64,000 nucleotides of DNA, taken from Thermoplasmata archaeon (GTDB taxonomy: Archaea > Thermoplasmatota > Thermoplasmata > Lutacidiplasmatales > UBA184). The notes under the pieces are model-generated. The model had not been told where the DNA came from and made no database searches. It was given only the letters and a program-made list of their open reading frames with translations. Where the stretch lies: positions 55,025 through 119,024 of the forward strand of contig JBAUAJ010000055.1 in assembly GCA_049675585.1 (NCBI GenBank), given 5' to 3'. Each line of letters begins with the position of its first letter. Position 1 is the stretch's first letter. The translations under genes were made by a program, and so were the position numbers. Below are positions 9,661 through 20,029 of the stretch, piece after piece.

Positions 9661-11181
9661 ATGAGTTCGCAAGACTCCACGCGTCCCGACGTCCTGCTGA
9701 TCGTCCTCGATTGTGTTCGGGCCGACCTCTTCAACGCCGAGGTCGACAACCCGCAAGCGATGCCTTTCCTGCACTCCCTGAGGAACCAGGTACTCGAGTT
9801 CCGAGGGGCCGTGAGTCCGGCGAGCTGGACCGTCCCGGGACACGCGAGCCTCTTCACGGGACTATACCCGTGGGACCACGGAGCCCACTACCGGCTGGGA
9901 CCGATCCTTACTCCAGAACCTGAGACGTTGGCGGAGTTCCTCCAACGCGAGGGGTACGCGACCTCCCTGTACTCCGCCAATGCCTACGTCCAGACGGCGA
10001 CCGGCCTGACGCGCGGATTCCAGGAGTCGTTGTGGGGGAGTGCCCGCGAACTGTTCCTTCGCTTCCTCTCCATTCAGAATCCGTCGCTTCCCAACCTGGG
10101 AGGACCCGCACTCGCCTGGAAGGGCCCGTCCGCTGACGCCGCCGCCCCGAAAGGGGAAGCTCCCTCCCCGTTGCGAGATTTCGCGCTGAAGTCGTTGTGT
10201 CAGGTTCCCTCGGTCTGGGACGCGATGAACCGGGTCGGCGGTAAGATCCGCGGCACCTACGACTTCGACATGCGGGCGGTCAGCCCCTGGATCGAAACCA
10301 AGCTCTCCAACTGGCTGGCGAAGCAGTCCGCTGGCCAGCCGGTGTTTTCGTTCGTCAACCTGTTCGAGGCCCACGCGCCATACCTCGCCGATGGGGGCTA
10401 CCCGGTGGGGCTTCCTCGGTGGCTTTCCTTCGCGATCCGTAGTCAGGATCCCTCTCGATGGGTGACCGGCCAGTGGAATCCCGGTCCGACTCAGATCGAG
10501 CAGCTTCGGACCGCGTACATCCGAGCCCTGTGGACCATGGACCGGCGGGTCCAGCAGATCGTCGAGCGGTTCTCGGCTCGCAGGAACTGGGAAAATACAA
10601 TCTTCATACTTACGAGCGATCACGGCCACGCGTTCCTCGAGCAGGATCTTCTCTACCACCGGTTTCGCGTGGACGAGCCCGTGGCCCGGATTCCCCTCTG
10701 GATACGATTGCCGGGGGCGAAGTCCGCCGGGCGTCGGTCGAACGAGTGGGCCAGTCTGATCGATGTGCCAAGAACCATCGCAAAGATCCTGGGCCGAGAT
10801 GCCTTCGGGGACCCGACCTCAAGGGATCTTCTCGCTACGGTGGAGACTCCCGACCCTCGAACCGTGTATTGCATGACGGACGGCATCCCCGACCGAGAAG
10901 CGCCAGGGATGTCCGCGAGTCGACGGGAATCGCTCAATTGGCTCGCGGTCGCGGCCTACCGGGGCCACACCAAGGCGATCGCCGGCGAGAGGACACCGAC
11001 TCGGGTCTTCCGGGTTTCTCCGGAGGACGCGCCCCATTCCCCGTCTCTCGTCCCAACCGACCCCGATGCGACTCGGGTGTCAGAGCTGGCCGAACAGGCA
11101 CTGGCCGCCGCCGCGCAACGAATAGCTTCGAGACAGTTTCACGGTGACGTGGAACAGCGGCTGGCGGGCTGGGGCTACTGA
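9661..11181 (+). CDS. sulfatase-fold (alkaline phosphatase superfamily) hydrolase/transferase with Thr-type nucleophile motif
   Basis: Metal-site motif LIVLDCVRAD, then SWTVPGHASLFTGLYP (TxPxH as in NPP/phosphotransferases, not the C/S-x-P-x-R FGly motif), then LTSDHGHAF. Paralog at 18485..20029. Confidence 0.65.
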   Translation: MSSQDSTRPDVLLIVLDCVRADLFNAEVDNPQAMPFLHSLRNQVLEFRGAVSPASWTVPGHASLFTGLYPWDHGAHYRLGPILTPEPETLAEFLQREGYATSLYSANAYVQTATGLTRGFQESLWGSARELFLRFLSIQNPSLPNLGGPALAWKGPSADAAAPKGEAPSPLRDFALKSLCQVPSVWDAMNRVGGKIRGTYDFDMRAVSPWIETKLSNWLAKQSAGQPVFSFVNLFEAHAPYLADGGYPVGLPRWLSFAIRSQDPSRWVTGQWNPGPTQIEQLRTAYIRALWTMDRRVQQIVERFSARRNWENTIFILTSDHGHAFLEQDLLYHRFRVDEPVARIPLWIRLPGAKSAGRRSNEWASLIDVPRTIAKILGRDAFGDPTSRDLLATVETPDPRTVYCMTDGIPDREAPGMSASRRESLNWLAVAAYRGHTKAIAGERTPTRVFRVSPEDAPHSPSLVPTDPDATRVSELAEQALAAAAQRIASRQFHGDVEQRLAGWGY

Positions 11182-11213
11182 GAGATTGTAAGACTCTGTC
11201 CTTCTGGATCCAC

Positions 11214-12173
11214 ATGAAAATACTGATAACCGGGGCGTCGGGCTTCATCGGACGTTACCTGAGTTCCCTAGCTGTGCAGCGGGGCCACGAAGTGGTCGGG
11301 ACTTATTTGACTGAGAACGATCTGAAAACCAGAACCCCGAAAAACCCGGCAATCAAATGGCTCCCGTTGGACATCCGTCAGAGGGCTGAAGTGAACTCAC
11401 TTATTGACAAAGTTCGTCCGGAAGCGGTATTTCATCTCGCAGCTCAGGCGTATGTGAAGCAGGCGTTGCTTGATCCCGCTGATACCTTTCTGACCAATGT
11501 ACTCGGAACTATCTATCTCTACGAAGCGCTGAAAACTCGCCCCCCGAGAGAGGGGATCCTCCTCGCGTCATCGTCCTCGGCCTATGGTCTGTCGAAGACA
11601 ATCCCCGCCACCGAGGACACCCCGCTTCGTCCAATGAATCCGTATGGCGTCTCGAAGGCCTGTCAAGATATGCTCTCAGGGCAGTACTCGATGAACTTCG
11701 GCCTCCGTATCGTGCGTGCGAGACTGTACATCACCACCGGGCCTGGGAAAGTGGGCGATGCGCTGAATGACTTTGCGAAGCAAGTGGCAGTCGCGGAGGT
11801 AAGCGGGGGACCTGGGATTCTGAAAGTTGGGAATCTGGAATCTCGCCGTGACATTTCAGACGTCCGAGATATCGTGGAAGGGCTATGGACGGTTTTCGAA
11901 AAGGGGACCTCTGAGGAGCCCGTCAATGTCGGGGCAGGCGAGAGCTACTCCATTCGAGACATAGTCGACAAGTTGAAGCTGCTCTCTATGGTCCCACTAA
12001 GCATCGTCAGAGACCCGGGGCTGGTTCGACCGTCAGATGAACCGGTGATAGAAGGAGACATCCGCCGCCTTCGGCAATTGGGGTATGTTCGCCGCGTTCC
12101 TTTTGAAATGACGATTGAAGATTCGCTCAACTACTGGCGAGAGGAAATGGCCAACCCGCACCCACTAGCGTAG
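11214..12173 (+). CDS. NAD-dependent epimerase/dehydratase (SDR family, UDP-sugar 4-epimerase-like)
   Basis: N-terminal Rossmann motif ILITGASGFIGRYL and a YxxxK catalytic region. 319 aa. Confidence 0.8.
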   Translation: MKILITGASGFIGRYLSSLAVQRGHEVVGTYLTENDLKTRTPKNPAIKWLPLDIRQRAEVNSLIDKVRPEAVFHLAAQAYVKQALLDPADTFLTNVLGTIYLYEALKTRPPREGILLASSSSAYGLSKTIPATEDTPLRPMNPYGVSKACQDMLSGQYSMNFGLRIVRARLYITTGPGKVGDALNDFAKQVAVAEVSGGPGILKVGNLESRRDISDVRDIVEGLWTVFEKGTSEEPVNVGAGESYSIRDIVDKLKLLSMVPLSIVRDPGLVRPSDEPVIEGDIRRLRQLGYVRRVPFEMTIEDSLNYWREEMANPHPLA

Positions 12174-12374
12174 GGAAACTGAGGCCGCGAAATGCAGTTA
12201 GTCGAAAGGTCAAGGCTGATTCCAGGTGCATTCCGAATCTATCCTGAGGAAGATCACGTCTGCCTCCCATCGATCGCGATCGAGAATCATGGCAATGGCA
12301 GGATTGTCTCCTGGATCGACCCGAGTCCTATCGCGGCTCGCGAGCATGCGGCTAGGTTCTGAGCCCCAAACCCG

Positions 12375-13229
12375 TTGGAAACCGCATTCTCTGTTTCCCG
12401 GTTTTTCGAAGTCAAATTGATAGAAACTCAGACGGGCGCCATATCTCGGTTCGCTGCCGCTTCCGTTGAGCAGGTAAGCCTAGTGATACCGACACTGAAC
12501 GAGATTGGAAATCTACCGAACCTAGTCGAAGGTCTCGACAGGCTGCTTCTGGGCAACCCGGATCTGAAAATCGCAGAAGTCATAATCGTGGACGATGGGA
12601 GCTCGGATGGAACCCTTGAGTACATCTCGCGACTATCGTCATCAGCAAAACCGTACTCTCTCGTGCTAATTTCCCGAGCTAAAAAGGGAGGATCCGGGAG
12701 CGCGGAAATTGTCGGAATTCAAAGGGCGACAACTCGATACGTTCTCAAGATGGACGCCGATGGGCAGCATCCGTTGTCGATGATACCAGCAATGATTGGT
12801 CGGATCTCAGACCATACTGACGTGGTGATTGGGTCGCGCTACGTGCCCGGCGGTTCAAACCAGTGGCCCGCCATTCGTGGACTGATCAGTAGACTCGCCA
12901 CCGCCGCTGCTTACATACTCATTCCGGAAGTAAGGCACATTCGAGACCCACTTTCGGGTTTCTACGTTGTTCGGAGGACTTCCACGAACGGGCTTGACCC
13001 CCGAAAATCGAAGTACAAGGCGCTCCTACACATCATGGCGGCAAATCATTCGCTTTCAGTGATTGAGATTCCCTTTGTGATGACTGGACGAACGGCCGGA
13101 GAGTCAAAAATTGTTGGTGTATCGGGTGAGTACATTTTCGCTTACACTGTAGAGTTACTAGGCTACATGCGGCTCGCCTCTAAGTTGCGGTTGAGCCGTC
13201 GCCATGCGCCAAGAGAGCGAGCCAGATAG
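12375..13229 (+). CDS. GT2 glycosyltransferase, dolichyl-phosphate sugar synthase-like
   Basis: VSLVIPTLNE...VIIVDDGSSDGT...DADGQH motifs (DxD / DPM1-like). Confidence 0.75.
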   Translation: METAFSVSRFFEVKLIETQTGAISRFAAASVEQVSLVIPTLNEIGNLPNLVEGLDRLLLGNPDLKIAEVIIVDDGSSDGTLEYISRLSSSAKPYSLVLISRAKKGGSGSAEIVGIQRATTRYVLKMDADGQHPLSMIPAMIGRISDHTDVVIGSRYVPGGSNQWPAIRGLISRLATAAAYILIPEVRHIRDPLSGFYVVRRTSTNGLDPRKSKYKALLHIMAANHSLSVIEIPFVMTGRTAGESKIVGVSGEYIFAYTVELLGYMRLASKLRLSRRHAPRERAR

Positions 13230-13331
13230 GTTACATCTCTCGAGACATTTCAAATCATTCCGGCGGGTGGGGCGTAATACAAGGAAGCCGTTCCAGAGGG
13301 CTGCGCGGTTCCAAACTCGACTCCCTCAAAC

Positions 13332-14258
13332 TCACGAAGGACGAATGGGGAGCTTCGTACTCTGGATCGGCTCCCATACAGAGTAGTCGTTCCCGGGGTG
13401 AAGTAGCGCGACTAACGCCAAGACTCTCAAAGTAATTTCTAACCACGTGAATGCTATCAGGCTGAACCACCGGTCTGGGTTTCTGCGGAACGCCCTCCCG
13501 ATAGCTGGAATGGCGTATCCCACGGTCTTAGTCGAGGTTCTCTTTCCCGTCAAGCGGAGGAGCTGAAGCGACTGCCGGTGAATTCTGAACCGCTGTCTCA
13601 GGTACTCCGGAATTGTGGTTGGGACACGATTGTAAACGACCGCCTCGGGAGAATACACCGATCGCCCTCCCCCTTCAAGCGTATGGTGCCCGATGTAAGC
13701 GTCGTCATCACTGACTCCCTTGGGAATTCTAAAACCGGGGCCTCTGAATGCCATTGCTTCGCCCGCGTTGGGGGCTTTACGGCTCACCTGATCGTGGACA
13801 TTCCAGAGTGTGAGACCTAGAGCTACGGCCCAGCTATTTTCGGTATTCGCAGGCACCGGCCTCGCACAGACTAAACCCACGCGGGGGTCTAAAAACGGCG
13901 CGGTTATCTGTCGGACAAAACATTTGCTGGGCACCGTGTCGGCGTTCTCTACTACTATTACCCTGCCAGTGGCTCGAAGTAACCCGATAGACATTGCACC
14001 GGCCTTTCCGGTTCTCTCGGGCTGGACAATCAATACAAGCTCCGGGAGCTCACCGCAAAGCCGCTGTAGGATGGGGACGGTATCGTCCGTGCAGCCGCTG
14101 GCCACGCAGATGATTTCGATAATGTTGTTCTCTGTGGACTTCTGCTTAGCGAGAGCGCGAACCAGAGATTCAATGGTTAAGGCTTCATTGAAAGCGCAGA
14201 TTACGACTGAGATGCTCGGCCGGGCCACGCTCTCCGAGAAAGATTCCATCACAACCAT
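13332..14258 (-). CDS. GT2 glycosyltransferase
   Basis: ISVVICAFNE...CVASGCTDDT...VENADT motifs of family-2 GT-A enzymes. Converges with the previous gene. Confidence 0.7.
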   Translation of the reverse strand: MVVMESFSESVARPSISVVICAFNEALTIESLVRALAKQKSTENNIIEIICVASGCTDDTVPILQRLCGELPELVLIVQPERTGKAGAMSIGLLRATGRVIVVENADTVPSKCFVRQITAPFLDPRVGLVCARPVPANTENSWAVALGLTLWNVHDQVSRKAPNAGEAMAFRGPGFRIPKGVSDDDAYIGHHTLEGGGRSVYSPEAVVYNRVPTTIPEYLRQRFRIHRQSLQLLRLTGKRTSTKTVGYAIPAIGRAFRRNPDRWFSLIAFTWLEITLRVLALVALLHPGNDYSVWEPIQSTKLPIRPS

Positions 14259-14366
14259 CGACGTGATCTATCTCCGGGCAGACTCGGTTAGGTCACAGTG
14301 TGGGCTGGGGGCATTCCTTAGCTCTCCGACTCCTCCAGTGAATTCTGGCAAGCCGGCTCCGGGGAC

Positions 14367-15515
14367 TCATGCAATCTGGTCGGACCACACGAAAAAGTAA
14401 GCCGGCCCAACAGAGCTTGTAACCAAGGCTACGACGTGTGAATAGCTCCCTGCCAGAACCAGAGTAACGTCAAGTTGCCCAAGATATCGGACGCTGACAT
14501 CACTCGACGTGGTCGGTCCAATTTCCGGACGGTACCCGATGCCAACCAATAAGCCCATGTCGCCGCTAAGAAGTGCATCCGCTTCGGGAACTACCCCGAA
14601 TCCTGTTCCCCAGATCGCGCCGCCAAAGAAGTAGACTCCGCCGCTCCCCACCGGAACGTAAGCTAAGGAGGTTCTCGGCGATTCCGCCCCACCGGCCGGT
14701 GAGTCGAATCCAAGATCTGTCCCATTGTGTAGGCCAAGTTCGCTAGTATTCGCCCCGTCCGCCGTTCCCGCATACGTTACTCCGAGCGATTCTCCCAACA
14801 GAGTTTCATTCTGGGAGAGGAGCGGACCCGATGAGTCCCTTGCGGGATTGCCAATCGGATCTTCGAGCTGGTATCCGACAAGGTCGATCTGGCCGTTCCA
14901 CCCGAGGTCAACATGTTGGAAGCCTCCTCCTGCGATTATGTGTCCTTCAAAGTATGCAAGAGGGCCGCCGGCCCAAAAGAGTAGACCACCGCCGTTGAGC
15001 CAGGATTTGAGAAGCGTAACATTGTGGGAGAACACTGAGTCGGGAAGTGTTCCGTAACCGAAGTCAACGAGTGCGGAGTGGGGATTGCTTGTCAGGGCGA
15101 CGGGGAGCTGGCTCGCGGAGACGAATGACACAGATATCGCGGGCGTGAGTGCGCCGAGATAGTCCGCCAGACGATTTCCCAATCCTATCACATCTGTTGG
15201 ATTCGCAAATCTCACGGAGTAACCGGGATCGTAAAAGACGAACACCTTTTCGATATCTGAGACTCGAGTTCCAGAGAGCAGCGCCAGGTGGGCTGCGATC
15301 GAACCCTCCGTGGCTTCAAGACGGAGCTCCGCTGAAAACTCTGACGGTCCAGCTTCGACGTTTGATATCGAAACACGGAGCGGAGCCTGGTGAACTCGAG
15401 TCTGAAGTAGGAGGCTTTCCGACGCGAGGAGCGCTACGATTAAGATTGAAAGAATTGCAGTCGATAGAAAAGTCCGGCGCAGTGGCCCTTTCCGACAGAT
15501 CCGGTCAAGGCTCAT
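14367..15515 (-). CDS. hypothetical membrane-anchored extracellular protein (glycan cluster)
   Basis: Long ORF in a roughly 50% GC region. N-terminal TM (FLSTAILSILIVALLA) and a Gly-rich extracellular region. No recognisable catalytic motif. Confidence 0.4.
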   Translation of the reverse strand: MSLDRICRKGPLRRTFLSTAILSILIVALLASESLLLQTRVHQAPLRVSISNVEAGPSEFSAELRLEATEGSIAAHLALLSGTRVSDIEKVFVFYDPGYSVRFANPTDVIGLGNRLADYLGALTPAISVSFVSASQLPVALTSNPHSALVDFGYGTLPDSVFSHNVTLLKSWLNGGGLLFWAGGPLAYFEGHIIAGGGFQHVDLGWNGQIDLVGYQLEDPIGNPARDSSGPLLSQNETLLGESLGVTYAGTADGANTSELGLHNGTDLGFDSPAGGAESPRTSLAYVPVGSGGVYFFGGAIWGTGFGVVPEADALLSGDMGLLVGIGYRPEIGPTTSSDVSVRYLGQLDVTLVLAGSYSHVVALVTSSVGPAYFFVWSDQIA

Positions 15516-17122
15516 GTGCTCGTCCTCCCCAGACCTCTGATACGTCGAATAGTGACTTCAAATGTGCGATAAATCGCTGCTATACACGTGCCGAGAATTG
15601 CACCACCACCTGTGATACCCGCGACGATCCAGAAGCTTCTGAGCGGTAGTACGCTATTCGAGTTGTAGTTAATCAGTATGTGGTTAATAGCAGAAATCCA
15701 CGAGTTACCTCCGAGGACCGCAAGCGGGTAGAAGAAAGCGAATGGTGTTAACAGTGTGAAGTAGAGAAGTAGACCTGCGGCTGATATGATGAAATACGCC
15801 GCTTTTGCCCACCGATTCCCATAGCATGAAAGTAACAGCAAGAACGGGAGTATTAGTAGTAGATTTTCAGACTGGGGGGATGGCTGGTAAAGGAGGACTC
15901 CGGTAAGGGGCAGGAGTATAGCGATAAAAAACGCCTCACCCGGAGCTCTCGAACCTACGCCGTCCTTGGGAGCGGCCAGTTCGGCCGAAATGACAGATGC
16001 TATCATGGAAATCACGAAAGTTACTACAAAGCCGTCGTGAACCAGTACTGCATTATGGAGACTAAACGTAGTGGCCAGGTGTTGAGCGCCGAATCTAAAA
16101 ATTCCGGGGTTGAAGAGAAGTAGGACATTGAACCCACCGTACGACGGTTGAGAGTAGAGTCCGCCATAAAGTGAGACGAGCTGTGGAAAGAACGCAACGA
16201 ATGGGAGAATGCCGAGGCCCAATCCCGCAAGAAATCTGACTGTTGGCCCGATAGGAGACGCAGCCCGATCAGATCGAGTGTGGTAGGAGACAAGTACTAC
16301 AGCCATAGGCAATAGCACTATGGGGTAAACCTTTGACATCACCCCGAGCGCGAGCGCGACCCCTGAGAAAAGATACCACTTTTCCAGAATCGCCACGAGA
16401 AATAGAAGCACCGCAGTTGTGGCCAGGATGTCGACTTCGCCGTGGACCGCGGTTGCCCAGATTAGAAGAGGATTCAGAATCCATGCGGCGGCGAAGAATC
16501 TCGCTCGGACTCGGCCCACGATCCTTTCACTCAAGTAGAGTACACATAGGGATGAGACGAGCGCAGAAAGGATCAACGGAGTCTTCAGGGCGAGTAGTGC
16601 CGGAAAGGTCGGAATCTGAGTCGAGATTCCGGTGGCGCTTGCCGCTGGGTTGATTGCACTGACTGAAACGATTAACGATTGGGGCGTAAACCAGATGGAG
16701 AGAAGAGCAAAGAGCGGAGCCTCCAGAAAGGGGCCCAGGGGTGCGTTGAAGAACTGATTCGCGGCATAAGGGCTCCCGTTGTAGATCAAAGATATTCCCG
16801 CACTCACAAAACCTGGAGTGTCGATGCTCCACGATGTGATCGGAGCTAGGACAAATTCCACAAGGAGTCCCACGATGATCATCCAGCGAAATCTACGGCT
16901 CTCAGGGCCTCGGAGGTGTCCTGAAATCCAGGATATCGAGTCTCCGATGTTGGCACTCCCCGGTTCCCCCAAGGGAATACGCTTCACACTCGCGACGAAT
17001 CTCCCCCATGGACCATTCGGTTGGCCCCTCAACTGCGTCGAATTGGTCACACGCTCAGTCAAGGGACATTCAACCTGATCGACCCGAATCGAATCTGAGA
17101 TCCGACTAAGCCGAATTCTCAC
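15512..17122 (-). CDS. polytopic GT-C-fold membrane glycosyltransferase (DUF2029/GT87-PMT-like)
   Basis: At least 11 predicted TM helices. Conserved acidic loop HGEVDIL near the N-terminal helices, typical of GT-C mannosyl/arabinosyl transferases. Exact start uncertain. Confidence 0.45.
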   Translation of the reverse strand: MRIRLSRISDSIRVDQVECPLTERVTNSTQLRGQPNGPWGRFVASVKRIPLGEPGSANIGDSISWISGHLRGPESRRFRWMIIVGLLVEFVLAPITSWSIDTPGFVSAGISLIYNGSPYAANQFFNAPLGPFLEAPLFALLSIWFTPQSLIVSVSAINPAASATGISTQIPTFPALLALKTPLILSALVSSLCVLYLSERIVGRVRARFFAAAWILNPLLIWATAVHGEVDILATTAVLLFLVAILEKWYLFSGVALALGVMSKVYPIVLLPMAVVLVSYHTRSDRAASPIGPTVRFLAGLGLGILPFVAFFPQLVSLYGGLYSQPSYGGFNVLLLFNPGIFRFGAQHLATTFSLHNAVLVHDGFVVTFVISMIASVISAELAAPKDGVGSRAPGEAFFIAILLPLTGVLLYQPSPQSENLLLILPFLLLLSCYGNRWAKAAYFIISAAGLLLYFTLLTPFAFFYPLAVLGGNSWISAINHILINYNSNSVLPLRSFWIVAGITGGGAILGTCIAAIYRTFEVTIRRIRGLGRTST

Positions 17123-18353
17123 CGAGTATCAATCTAACCATCGTCTGTAGCCCAGCTTCATTATCAGAGCGGAAATCCACTAAACGGGAACCTTTCACAA
17201 GCTCCTCTCGAAGGCTAGGCCGGGAAATCAGCTCCGAGATCCTTTCGCCGAGGGATTCTGAAACCGCCGGACCAAATGATAGGACTCCATGGCCGTGCGA
17301 ATAACGCGCGGTACTCGGGAGGGCTTCCGAGGCGATGACAGGGCACCCGTGACTTAAGGCTTCAATAATCACGAGTCCGAAGCCCTCTGTGTCTGAGGAT
17401 GACGGGACGATAAGCGCGTATGCCTCGTCGTATAACCGGCAGAGGTCCTGGTCCGAGACTCTACCCGCGAATGTTACAGTGTCGGCGCATCCCATCATAG
17501 AGACCATTTTCTCGAGGGCCGGCCTCCTATTACCATCCCCCACGAGCGTGAGATAAACGTCAATCCCCCGTTCCTTCAATCGGGCGACGGTCTCCAAAAG
17601 ATTCTCGGGTTGTTTGTACGAATGGGAGTCGTCAAGCCCCCCCACGAAGAGGAAGGGATGTTCAGTGCCGTGTGCCCAATCGGATGAGGATGCCGCAACT
17701 GGTGTCTGAGGCCCGAGCCTCGACTTCCAGGTAAACGGATTGACCACCGCGATCCGAGTTGAATCGAGACCTCGGCGTGCTAAGACCCGAGCGTAGTGTG
17801 ACGATGACACCTCGGTCACATCTGCAGATCGCAATACGAATGATTCGAACCTCGTGAACAATCGCCGAATGAGGTTGTCCTCAGCTAAATCCGCATGATA
17901 GGTCGCTATCCATCTTCGCCCTTTGAGTCTAGCGAAAATGCCGGCAGCTATCGAAGTGACTGATGGATGATTTGTCCAGATCGCGGTGGGTTTGAGACGA
18001 TAAAGGGCTGTGAATAATCCCCACGGGAGCACAAACTTTTCCTTGAGCAACAGTGTCGATGGTAGGTAATCGACGTCAACGAACTGTTCCTCTAACTGTA
18101 CCTTCCTAGAGGCCCGAGTTAGGTCAAAATGTGCCCCCGGACTAATGCAGAGCTTGGACGTCAAAACCCGAGTAGTTGCAAGCGTGGCGAGACGGTCCGC
18201 GACCAAAGCATGGTGGGTTTCGGCACCTCCAATCAAAGGAAGGAAACCATGCGTAACTATGGCAATCCGACGATCTGCGTTTGGCGGGCCCCTGAGGATA
18301 GAACGCGGGTTGGCCGAGGATGCGGTCTCATCTCGACTCGGTCGCGCTTTCAT
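17106..18353 (-). CDS. GT4 glycosyltransferase
   Basis: C-terminal EGFGLVIIEALSHGCPVIASE (E-x7-E GT4 motif). N-terminal GT-B domain. Confidence 0.75.
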   Translation of the reverse strand: MKARPSRDETASSANPRSILRGPPNADRRIAIVTHGFLPLIGGAETHHALVADRLATLATTRVLTSKLCISPGAHFDLTRASRKVQLEEQFVDVDYLPSTLLLKEKFVLPWGLFTALYRLKPTAIWTNHPSVTSIAAGIFARLKGRRWIATYHADLAEDNLIRRLFTRFESFVLRSADVTEVSSSHYARVLARRGLDSTRIAVVNPFTWKSRLGPQTPVAASSSDWAHGTEHPFLFVGGLDDSHSYKQPENLLETVARLKERGIDVYLTLVGDGNRRPALEKMVSMMGCADTVTFAGRVSDQDLCRLYDEAYALIVPSSSDTEGFGLVIIEALSHGCPVIASEALPSTARYSHGHGVLSFGPAVSESLGERISELISRPSLREELVKGSRLVDFRSDNEAGLQTMVRLILGENSA

Positions 18354-18484
18354 GGCCGAATTTCAGGGCAGGCTAATCGGTCAGCGATGCATTCCGCGAA
18401 TTAAACAGGTGACCTAACCGTCACAAGCGATTTTTGAGCTAGCTCTGGGCGCGCAAAAGAATGGCATGAATCGTACTCTCGGCG

Positions 18485-20029
18485 CTAGTAGCCCCAGCCA
18501 GACAGTCTCCCCTCAACTTCGTCAGCCTCGCCTAGGGATCGTCGGATAGAAGATAGTTGCTCGACCAAAATTCGAGACCCGGGAGTCTGATCAATCGGTA
18601 GAATGACGCGTTCTTCTCGGAAGGTCGAACCCTCCTCATTTGCAGGTGTGACTATACGAAACTCGGGGCGCCAGTCGGGCTGACTGATCTCAACACTTGT
18701 CTCGTCAAGGAAGCCGAGGAGGGTAACCCGGTCCCTTCCTGCGATCTCAACCTCGTCGGTGCGGGCTACTTCACGGAACAGAGTAATGCCGTCGCCGATT
18801 GCGAAAACTGGTTCTTCTCTCTTCGCTTGAATCAGTCCCGAGAGGGATATTCCATCGAAGTGGGTATCGGTTGACAAGCCGGCACTATCAAGAATTGTCG
18901 GAGCGATATCGACTAGACTCGCCCAACTATCTGAAACCAATCCGGCATGCTCGTGCGCGGGATATCCAACAACAAGTGGAACTCTCAGAAGTTGGCTTCC
19001 TGTATTTCGCCCGTGGAACAGGTGACCCCCTTCACCGAAACTTTGACCGTGATCGCTGGTAAGTATTGTCATCGACGAGTTAGGGTCCCTCTGAGAAGAG
19101 AAGATTTTCACAATTCCTCGAAGACGGTTGTCTAGCATCCGTATGGACTCGATGTAACGCCGTTCGAGCTCCCGAATTAGTTCCGAATCTCGGTTCGAAT
19201 CGAGTTTCCCCCTGTCAAGACCGTCCAGCAGAATCTTGGTAGTATACTCCTCGTCCACACTGGAGGACGGCAATCCCAGGTACGGTTCGTGGGCATCCAT
19301 AAGGTTCACAAAGCAACAAACGGGTTCGGAACCTCCGACCGAATCCAGCCAAAGCTTGAGACACGGTTCGATCCAAGGAGACGACAACCTCGGCCCGCCG
19401 CCGCTCCGGCTTCGTAGCCGTGACTCTAGCATGCTTGACCATTTCCAGATTTGAGGGAAACCGGAGTGAGCGGCGTTTACTGCTCCAACCGCCATTCTAC
19501 GGCCGAGTCCTTGAAGCCTTATGTCAGATCTTTCCTCCGGAGAGGTTGGAGCGAAACCTTCCGGCGGCTCCTCGGATCCGAGAAATCGCATGTAGTGACT
19601 TGCCCAGTCACCCCAGTACGCAGTGTCAAACCCCCGGGTTAGATCGGTCTTCCTTGAAATGAACGGGTTTGCCGAAAGACTGAGGGTACGATACCCGGCT
19701 TCAGCCAATCTCTCCGCGAGCGTAGAGAATCTAGAGTCGAGGGATCTCGCGCCCCGACCGAAGACTCTGTGGTTCCAAGGATACATTCCGGTGAACAGAG
19801 ACGCGTGGGCAGGAAGCGACCATGAGGCCACGGAAAGACAGCGTGTGTAGACAGTTGCGTTGTCTGATAACTCGTGGAGGAATGGGACCTGGATTCCCTC
19901 AGGATTCCAAGGGCTAACTGATTTGGATCTGACGCAATCAAGCACCACGACAAGAATATCCGGCTTTTTTCTTCCGGATGACTTCGAACCGATCACGTCG
20001 TCATCCTTCACCGGAGTACATCCAATCAT
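18485..20029 (-). CDS. sulfatase-fold (alkaline phosphatase superfamily) hydrolase/transferase, paralog of 9661..11181
   Basis: VVVLDCVRSK, SWSLPAHASLFTGMYP (TxPxH-like), ILTSDHGQSFGEGG. Confidence 0.65.
   Translation of the reverse strand: MIGCTPVKDDDVIGSKSSGRKKPDILVVVLDCVRSKSVSPWNPEGIQVPFLHELSDNATVYTRCLSVASWSLPAHASLFTGMYPWNHRVFGRGARSLDSRFSTLAERLAEAGYRTLSLSANPFISRKTDLTRGFDTAYWGDWASHYMRFLGSEEPPEGFAPTSPEERSDIRLQGLGRRMAVGAVNAAHSGFPQIWKWSSMLESRLRSRSGGGPRLSSPWIEPCLKLWLDSVGGSEPVCCFVNLMDAHEPYLGLPSSSVDEEYTTKILLDGLDRGKLDSNRDSELIRELERRYIESIRMLDNRLRGIVKIFSSQRDPNSSMTILTSDHGQSFGEGGHLFHGRNTGSQLLRVPLVVGYPAHEHAGLVSDSWASLVDIAPTILDSAGLSTDTHFDGISLSGLIQAKREEPVFAIGDGITLFREVARTDEVEIAGRDRVTLLGFLDETSVEISQPDWRPEFRIVTPANEEGSTFREERVILPIDQTPGSRILVEQLSSIRRSLGEADEVEGRLSGWGY

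Noticed and set aside
9661-11181. Classical formylglycine-dependent arylsulfatase call
   Set aside because: The C/S-x-P-x-R FGly signature is absent in both paralogs, replaced by TxPxH. Annotated generically as sulfatase-fold.
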